NCBI GenBank assembly: GCA_046570105.1
Contig: JBKHVI010000013.1
Location: forward strand, 1-53,656
Source: Bacteriovoracia bacterium
GTDB lineage: Bacteria; Bdellovibrionota; Bacteriovoracia; Bacteriovoracales; Bacteriovoracaceae
Length of the DNA: 53,656 bases
Direction: 5' to 3'
Shown here: piece by piece, positions 47,512 to 53,656 of the stretch
How the letters are laid out: each line of letters starts with the position of its first letter
Position numbering within the stretch: the first letter of the stretch is position 1
The notes under the pieces: model-generated
Seen by the model: the letters and a program-made list of their open reading frames with translations, nothing else
Told to the model about the DNA's origin: nothing
Database searches by the model: none
Position numbers and translations under genes: made by a program

Positions 47512-48725
47512 TTTAATTTAAGCTCGGATTCCTCTGCCTTTAAAAGCAAGTAATCTTGATGCTCCTTTTCGATGTATTCCTCCACGGCTTCTTGTTCGTC
47601 TTCATCTTCAAGATCTTCAAGATCGGTATAGGCCTGATAACGGAACATATAATTCATGGTGGACTCATAGATCCATTTTTTGATTTTATGCTTATCTTCT
47701 TTGGAGAGGGCTTTTTCCTGAAAGGTCGGGATTTCAATCTCGATTTTTTCGTCGTTGGATAATATTTGATAAAGTGGTGCCGGCTTGATGGTGTTTTGTG
47801 CTGGTAGAGGCATTCTTCGTCTACGAGTTGGAAACTCTGGATAAAGGGAGCCAAGTTTTTTATAGGCCCAATGTAAGCGTTCTTTGTAGGAGTCAACGCT
47901 GATTCCCAAAACTAAGGCATTTTCCTCTTGAGTAGGTTTTTCATCAGATTCATAAAACCATTCAAGCATCAGAGCATCACTCTGGGCCTCTGTTAATTTA
48001 TCCCATATCCGGTGAAACCGCTTTGCCCAGAAGGGCATTTTCTTGTGAACCTTTGCCCAGATGGCGTTTTTAGTAAGCTCAAACCGCTTTGGGGTGTATC
48101 GAGGCCAGATTTTTTTGATTTCTCTTGGAAGATCAATTCGGTGATAAAAACAGGTGGCGAGGTTTTGAATATCGTCTGACTCTTTATCAAAGTCACCTCT
48201 AGTGTACATGGTTTGAAAAAATGAGTCCTGCAAATTTTCAGGACCAGAAGAAAAGAAAGCTGCTACTGATGAGCTGGCATAACCTAGGGCATCCGGAAGA
48301 TACTCTCGAAAAGCCTCATCTTTTGATGAACCTTTTTTAAGTTTTCGGTCATTGTCACGCTTGTCGGTAAGAAGATCAGGAGTAAAATCTAAAAAACTCT
48401 CTATGCTTGTGGGTGTGCCATCATCCTCAAAAATTTCAGCATTAAGATTCTGCACGGACTCCACACCTTCGAATAAAACTTCAAGTCCCCCGACCTCGCG
48501 GGTTTCGTACCGGATAAGGTTTTCTTGGATGAGAATTTCTTCTAAGGGGAGGCAGCCTTGAAAGGCAGAGGTTTGTGATCGAAGAAAGTGAAGAGTGCCA
48601 GAAGATTTTGGCCTTAAATAGCCATTTTCAATTTTGCAAGTAGCCAGACATTCACAGCGAGAAAATCCAAAGGTAGAATCTCCTTTCTTTTCACATGGTT
48701 TAGCGATTTGTGCTCGTACCTTCAA
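47505..48725 (-). CDS. Hypothetical protein with a Cys-rich N-terminus and a sigma-70 region-4-like HTH
   Basis: WDKLTEAQSDALML...TQEENALVLGISVDSYKERLHWAYKKL; TTG start after gggag (ORF extends to 48740). Confidence 0.65.
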   Translation of the reverse strand: MKVRAQIAKPCEKKGDSTFGFSRCECLATCKIENGYLRPKSSGTLHFLRSQTSAFQGCLPLEEILIQENLIRYETREVGGLEVLFEGVESVQNLNAEIFEDDGTPTSIESFLDFTPDLLTDKRDNDRKLKKGSSKDEAFREYLPDALGYASSSVAAFFSSGPENLQDSFFQTMYTRGDFDKESDDIQNLATCFYHRIDLPREIKKIWPRYTPKRFELTKNAIWAKVHKKMPFWAKRFHRIWDKLTEAQSDALMLEWFYESDEKPTQEENALVLGISVDSYKERLHWAYKKLGSLYPEFPTRRRRMPLPAQNTIKPAPLYQILSNDEKIEIEIPTFQEKALSKEDKHKIKKWIYESTMNYMFRYQAYTDLEDLEDEDEQEAVEEYIEKEHQDYLLLKAEESELKLKG

Positions 48726-48853
48726 ACGATAAGCTCCCAAAAAATTTATTTCTTAGAATAAGTTTATCAGGTGTAAGAATTTTTTAAAAATTATTTTGGG
48801 TGAGAATTATCAAAGGCTTAAAGAGAAACTAACCCCATAAAGGTTCCTATATA

Positions 48854-49071
48854 TAGAGGCCGTGTTTTATTATTGGATGGGGAGTTTGTTTGGAATCTTT
48901 TCGACGAGATTTCCTTTTACTTTAGCAGAAAAAAAACTTTTTGCAAGTTATTTCTCTAAATCCCTATCACGTTTTCATTCTGGATATGAACTTTAGCCAA
49001 GGAGAATTTAATTTTCCCTGAATGAGAATGCCTGTCTTTTCCCCCCATCCAAAAATGTACACGACCCTCTA
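48854..49071 (+). ncRNA. Candidate structured RNA or 5' leader
   Basis: Long closing stem 48854-48882 / 49043-49071 enclosing several hairpins; G-U pairs favour the + strand. Confidence 0.5.
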
Positions 49072-49117
49072 AACACACATGGACAATTTCGCCCATGTTA
49101 TTTTTTTAGGAGGGCGC

Positions 49118-49561
49118 ATGCCTGATTATTTTCTCCCCTGTACTGATCGTATCCGTGAATTTTTTATTTCGAGTGAAGAGTTATCATCTCAAGATATCCC
49201 ATTTCTTGAAAGATTCTATGCTCGTCACTGGCCAGCTTTAAGAAAACTTAAGATTGGCGAATGTGAAGATGTCTATCTGAGTGCTTCAACTCGAGATCAC
49301 CGTTTTAACAGTAATATTAAGGCCTATCTTGGTGTTCTAGACGAAATGTCTTGGGGATTTGCCGGAAGAGGTGCTTACAACCTTTCCCTTAATCTTCTTT
49401 ATACCTACACAGTGGATAAAGAATTTGCAGAATCTCATGCCAATGAGTTCAGAAAGGATTTTTTGGAGAATATCGACAAAAAGAAGAGCTACGTCATTGA
49501 AAAATCTTTGATCCTTGATTGGATTAAAGAGAAACAAAAAGGAATTTCTTATGTCCAATAA
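49118..49561 (+). CDS. DUF6166-like protein
   Basis: EMSWGFAGRGAYNLSLNLL resembles the FEWGYxGSGPxQLAxxIL motif; RBS aggagg. Confidence 0.6.
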   Translation: MPDYFLPCTDRIREFFISSEELSSQDIPFLERFYARHWPALRKLKIGECEDVYLSASTRDHRFNSNIKAYLGVLDEMSWGFAGRGAYNLSLNLLYTYTVDKEFAESHANEFRKDFLENIDKKKSYVIEKSLILDWIKEKQKGISYVQ

Positions 49562-51089
49562 TCACAAAACCCATGAGGATAAATCTGGTCCTGACCCAAT
49601 GGCAATAGGTGGAATATTGATTGCTGTGGGTCTTGCTGGTTGGTGGACCCTAAATCAAAAGAAAATCACTGGTTGGTATGTTAATCACTATGAAGAAATT
49701 TATCTGACACTTTGGGGACTGGTTTTAGTTCTAGTGGGTTTAATCATTCATCGGTTGAATAAAAAAACTAAAGGCATTAAGGATCGTGGGGAGCTTCTCT
49801 CTCCCCACTGGAAGGAAACAAGGAAAAACATTCTAGTAGGATCAACTCATGATGGAGTTGATCTTCATCTCTCGGATGAACTTCGTTGTACTCATGTTCA
49901 GATTATTGGAACCACTGGACGAGGCAAAACTCAAAGTGTGGTCATTCCTTGGACTCTTCGGGATCTTTATCGAGGTAAATCAGTCATCCTTATTGACGGC
50001 AAAGGCAGCCGTGATGTTCCCATTAAGCTTAAGGCATCTATTGAAAGGGATAAGCTTAAAGTGTTGGTGCATGAATTTGATCTGGATAAACCGGAGGATT
50101 CAGTCAAGATTAACCCTTTGAGACTTGGAACTCCCCAGCAGATTGTAGATCGCATTTTTAGTGCCTTCGAGTTTGATGATCCTTTTTATCGAGCCGTTCA
50201 ATACGATATCTGTGGATATCTGGTGAGGCTCATTTTCGAAGTAAAGGAGGTTGTGACCTTCAGACTTCTTCATGAGCTTTTAACCGATGAAAAGATTTTG
50301 GCCGATAAGCTAAAACTCCTCCCTGATGGCCATGAACTCAGAAGACATCTTTTGGAGTTTCTTAAATCTCCAGTCAATGATCGGAAACAAAAACTCGCAG
50401 GACTTACTAGTCAGCTAGCTCCTTTTGCTACCGGTGAGATTGCAGCATTTGTTAATGGTGGAAGAAATGAAGTGGGTCTTGATGAAGTGATGGATTCAGA
50501 TAAATCAACCCAGCTTCTTATGATGTCAATCCCGACACTTAAGTATCAGAGGATTGGGCATCAGTTAGGAAAGCTTGTACTGCAAGATCTGGCCTACTGT
50601 GTGGGAGACCGAGAAGGAAAACGATATAATGAGTTCTGTTCGGTCTTTTTAGATGAGTTCTCAGAGTTTGCCTATGAAGGGTTTGTGAGTATTTTAAATA
50701 AGGCAAGATCAGCGAAAGTGGGTCTTCATCTTTCTCATCAATCCATGAGTGATTTATCAAAAGTTTCACCAGACTTTGCAAAATCGGTCATCACTAATAC
50801 CAATATCAAATGCATCCTGGGGTTAAATGATCCAGAGACTGCGGACTACTTTGCTCGGCACATGGGAACTTTTACAGAGGAGAAGTTTACTGAGCAGGTG
50901 GAAGAGGAAGGATTTTTTAAGCGTCACAAAGCTACAGGCCGAGGCTCCATGAGAGAAGTTGAGGCCTATAAGGTTCACCCAAATGACTTAAAGCGCTTTA
51001 CCCGTGGTCGTGGGGTGCTTCATGTTCCCACACCTAGAGGAAATGTTACTGAAGTCATTCAGTTTCAATCAACAGGAGGTAGGGATTGA
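49551..51089 (+). CDS. VirD4/TraG-like type IV coupling protein
   Basis: Two N-terminal TMs, HVQIIGTTGRGKT, IDGKG, VFLDEF, RSAKV..SHQS. Confidence 0.88.
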   Translation: MSNNHKTHEDKSGPDPMAIGGILIAVGLAGWWTLNQKKITGWYVNHYEEIYLTLWGLVLVLVGLIIHRLNKKTKGIKDRGELLSPHWKETRKNILVGSTHDGVDLHLSDELRCTHVQIIGTTGRGKTQSVVIPWTLRDLYRGKSVILIDGKGSRDVPIKLKASIERDKLKVLVHEFDLDKPEDSVKINPLRLGTPQQIVDRIFSAFEFDDPFYRAVQYDICGYLVRLIFEVKEVVTFRLLHELLTDEKILADKLKLLPDGHELRRHLLEFLKSPVNDRKQKLAGLTSQLAPFATGEIAAFVNGGRNEVGLDEVMDSDKSTQLLMMSIPTLKYQRIGHQLGKLVLQDLAYCVGDREGKRYNEFCSVFLDEFSEFAYEGFVSILNKARSAKVGLHLSHQSMSDLSKVSPDFAKSVITNTNIKCILGLNDPETADYFARHMGTFTEEKFTEQVEEEGFFKRHKATGRGSMREVEAYKVHPNDLKRFTRGRGVLHVPTPRGNVTEVIQFQSTGGRD

Positions 51090-51790
51090 TTAAAGCGAAC
51101 TTAAGGTTAACTATTCGTGACATAGAACTTATGAAAGATATTTATGACAATCACTTTTTAAGTTTTTATCAAATCTATGAGAAGCACTTTCCAGAGAATA
51201 AAAGACCCACTGTTTATAATCGTTTATCTAAACTCATCAGAGCTGAAATGATCAAGGCGATAAATATTAATTTAGTGGCATATCATAGAAATGGTGAACT
51301 CATAGGAGTTGTTTATGTGATGGCCAAGAATGGTTTAAGGAGTCTTCAGGATTTTAAAATGACGGAGGATATAAATCAAAATCCAGTAACCTTGAATTTT
51401 AGTTGCCTCTACCATGATTTGTTACTGACTGATGTACTGAGAGTTTTAAAAAGATCATGGAAAGTTACAAAGGTGCCTAAAGTTTCTCAAACTAGAATTC
51501 CTGACGCGATTTTAATTGATCCAGTTACAAATAAGAAAACGGCTTTAGAGTTGGAACTCACTGCCAAGTCGGAAATGCGTTATCGGGAGATCATTTTGAG
51601 TTACAGGACTAGCAGAGAATATGATTCTGTCCTCTATGTCGTAAAAGACGATTCTATCCACAAAAAGCTCGGAGGTCTTATCACAGGTTTTAATGGTCGC
51701 TTTGAATTTGGAGACAGTACCGACAAGTTTAAATTTATTACCTTGACCCAGATTTTAAATTCCTTAAAGGAGGAAAATATTGAACTTTAA
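51086..51790 (+). CDS. Replication-relaxation (PF13814-like) relaxase
   Basis: LTIRDIEL winged-helix N-terminus, HDLL, PDAIL...ALELELTAKS..RY; follows the coupling protein. Confidence 0.75.
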   Translation: MIKANLRLTIRDIELMKDIYDNHFLSFYQIYEKHFPENKRPTVYNRLSKLIRAEMIKAININLVAYHRNGELIGVVYVMAKNGLRSLQDFKMTEDINQNPVTLNFSCLYHDLLLTDVLRVLKRSWKVTKVPKVSQTRIPDAILIDPVTNKKTALELELTAKSEMRYREIILSYRTSREYDSVLYVVKDDSIHKKLGGLITGFNGRFEFGDSTDKFKFITLTQILNSLKEENIEL

Positions 51791-52034
51791 GCACAAATAT
51801 AAGTGTCGCTCGTATCTATTAAATGCTCTTGGACTTTTTTTCAGTCTAACAATGCTTCTCTATATTTATATCAAGATCAAAACTCAATTGTTACAAGGCT
51901 ATTCAGATTGGTTACCTAGAGGGTATGAACAAAATGAAATCCTCCCCCTGTATTATTGGTTCCTTCTCACGATCCCAGTGGATCTAGGAATTAGAAAATT
52001 GTTACAAGAGAACCCAAACACTGAATCAAACTAG
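51780..52034 (+). CDS. Small two-TM membrane protein
   Basis: TTG start with RBS aaggagg; two hydrophobic segments. Confidence 0.55.
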   Translation: MNFKHKYKCRSYLLNALGLFFSLTMLLYIYIKIKTQLLQGYSDWLPRGYEQNEILPLYYWFLLTIPVDLGIRKLLQENPNTESN

Positions 52035-52082
52035 AGCTTTGAGTTGATGTTTGAGTTTGTAAAAGTCTAAGTGATTAAATCT

Positions 52083-52200
52083 CTTCAATAAAATTGTATC
52101 CCCCGCCATTACCCCTTCGGCAATTTTTGCTGACCACTCCCACCCTACGTGCGGAAGTGGTCAGCAAAGCTACGGGGTAATGGCGGGGGTATTATTGAAG
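52083..52200. repeat. Nested perfect inverted repeats (cruciform, oriT candidate)
   Basis: Watson-Crick arms of 9 bp, 16 bp (52100-15/52174-89) and 13 bp (52126-38/52156-68). Confidence 0.85.
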
Positions 52201-52321
52201 AAAAAAACAAAAAAAGGAAAAAAATAAATGAATACATTAAGAGAAGAATTGAGGAAGGAAGAATTAGGAATGGATACGGGCTCTAAACAGCGAAAAACAA
52301 ACAAACAGCGATTGGGGGAAT

Positions 52322-52591
52322 ATGCCAGAAAACTTTATCAGCGGTAATTACAATCAGTCTGAAAAAGTATATAGTGAGAGCGAGCAAAAAAATGCTCAAG
52401 TGCTCTTTGAAAATTTGGAATGGGTGAACAGTGATGAAGCGGCCTTAATCTTAAGAAAGTCGGTCGGCGCGATCAGGACGGCGGTATGTCGTGGACAGAT
52501 CAAAGCGACGGTCTATAGGCGACGACTATATTTTAAGAGAAAGGATCTGATTTCCCTTTTGGAAACTTCTCCAACCAAAGGAGGTTTCTAA
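52322..52591 (+). CDS. Excisionase-like HTH_17 protein
   Basis: WVNSDEAALILRKSVGAIRTAVCRGQIKA...RRLYFKRKDL; TAATG-coupled to the integrase. Confidence 0.8.
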   Translation: MPENFISGNYNQSEKVYSESEQKNAQVLFENLEWVNSDEAALILRKSVGAIRTAVCRGQIKATVYRRRLYFKRKDLISLLETSPTKGGF

Positions 52592-53656
52592 TGGGTATTA
52601 AGTCGTATCATCAAGATGAGAAGGTGTACTGGAAAGTCTACGTTAATTTAAGAAGCAAGGTGAATCCCAAGATCAGAAAACAGAAAACTGTCTCGGGTCT
52701 TGAATCACTGGCCGCGGCACGACGAATGGAAAAGCAAGTCGTGGCGGAGCTTTCTTCAGAATTAACTTTGACGTTGGGCCGTGGTTTAACTTGGTCGAGT
52801 ATCATTGATCGTTGGGAGAAAGACGCAAAGTCAGGACTTCTTCGGCGATATGATCCGACAACTATCATGGACTTGGTGTCAGGTTTAAGAAGATGGACAA
52901 AAGAGTGGCTGGATATTCCTGGCGAGGAATTGAGTCGCTTCCACGGAAGAGAGCTTCAAAAGAAAATGGAATCGGCAGGGATGAGTTCTAAGGGACAGCA
53001 AAAAATTCGAAGCATGGTTAATACCGTTTTTAACTATGGCCTTGAAGAAAAGTTTATATCAAAACCTATTCCATCTCCAATGGCCGGATTAGTTTTTAAT
53101 ACCGATGCTGAAAAAGTTCCTGACATTCTAACTCTCGGAGAGATAAAACAATTTCTTGAAAGGGGCAAAGAACTTCAGAATGAGTGGTATCCCATTTGGG
53201 CCATGGCACTACTGACAGGGATGAGAAACGGTGAGCTTTATGCTTTAGAGTGGAGTGATGTAGATTTTGAAAACTCATTGATTAGAGTCTCAAAGTCATA
53301 TAACTCAAGGCTCAAGATCGTGAAGTCTACGAAGGCCGGTTACTGGCGGAACATTCCGATTTCAAGTCAACTTAGAGAGCTTCTGATAGGGCTTAAATCT
53401 AAAAGTCAGAGCCTACACGTGCTTCCACGTTTAGGCTGCTGGAATCAAGGTTTACAAGCGCAAGAGCTGAGAAAGTTTTTAAAAGGCATTGGGATTCGAC
53501 CGGTAAAGTTTCATGCATTGAGGGCTTGCTTTGCCACTCAGCTTTTAGCTAAAAATATCGCACCAGCAATTGTCATGAAAATCTGTGGGTGGAAGAATTT
53601 AAAAACCATGGAGTTTTATGTGAGGCTTGCGGGAGTGAGTGAGCAAGGGGCCACTG
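52591..53656 (+). CDS. Tyrosine recombinase/integrase, 3'-truncated by the window edge (absent from the ORF track)
   Basis: TGMRNGELYALEWSDVD, STKAG, FHALRACFAT, GWKN...FY catalytic motifs. Confidence 0.93.
   Translation, partial: MGIKSYHQDEKVYWKVYVNLRSKVNPKIRKQKTVSGLESLAAARRMEKQVVAELSSELTLTLGRGLTWSSIIDRWEKDAKSGLLRRYDPTTIMDLVSGLRRWTKEWLDIPGEELSRFHGRELQKKMESAGMSSKGQQKIRSMVNTVFNYGLEEKFISKPIPSPMAGLVFNTDAEKVPDILTLGEIKQFLERGKELQNEWYPIWAMALLTGMRNGELYALEWSDVDFENSLIRVSKSYNSRLKIVKSTKAGYWRNIPISSQLRELLIGLKSKSQSLHVLPRLGCWNQGLQAQELRKFLKGIGIRPVKFHALRACFATQLLAKNIAPAIVMKICGWKNLKTMEFYVRLAGVSEQGAT

Larger units (their letters stand above)
46297..53656. mobile_element. Integrative mobilizable element at tRNA-Arg, right end outside the window
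   Basis: Abrupt AT enrichment after the tRNA; integrase, excisionase, VirD4 and relaxase, with no MPF or phage structural genes. Confidence 0.85.

Noticed and set aside
48854..49071. Retron msr-msd (terminal inverted repeats enclosing hairpins)
   Set aside because: No reverse transcriptase (YxDD) gene in the visible part of the element.
52083..52200. Simple intrinsic terminator
   Set aside because: Too long and nested, followed by A's on the + strand, and the T-run precedes it on the - strand.
46297..53656. Prophage
   Set aside because: No terminase, capsid, tail or lysis genes; the coupling protein plus relaxase indicate a mobilizable element.

Overview
Chromosomal segment of a bacterium that looks like a Bdellovibrionota/Bacteriovoracaceae-type predator. 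This assignment is an inference from the many short secreted hypothetical proteins, RxPAS motifs, a Tad/Flp locus and FliA-type promoters. Positions 1-46296 are mostly core genome: LPP20-lpoB-TPR lipoprotein operon, a stand-alone nuoBCDI operon, secreted cell-wall and protein hydrolases, a small toxin-antitoxin pair, an ABC-2 transporter with an RlmI-like methyltransferase, ettA, a divergent Tad/Flp pilus cluster, purB, TolC, kdsB-pyrG-kdsA-kdsC, sua5, gpsA, dsbD, a BtuF-like protein, rsgA and tRNA-Arg(UCU). From the tRNA 3' end to the window edge lies an AT-richer integrative mobilizable element. It encodes an XRE regulator, a secreted cargo protein, a Cys-rich protein with a sigma-70 region-4-like HTH, a DUF6166-like protein, a VirD4-like coupling protein, a Replic_Relax-like relaxase, an excisionase and a tyrosine integrase. 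It also carries three structured non-coding segments: a 59-nt leader hairpin, a ~218-nt multibranch RNA candidate and a ~118-bp cruciform (oriT candidate). The other main highlight is a 52-aa very basic protein with its own near-consensus promoter, lying antisense inside the Tad operon and sharing a CATG with the secretin start codon. All family calls come from motif recognition by eye; no searches were run.
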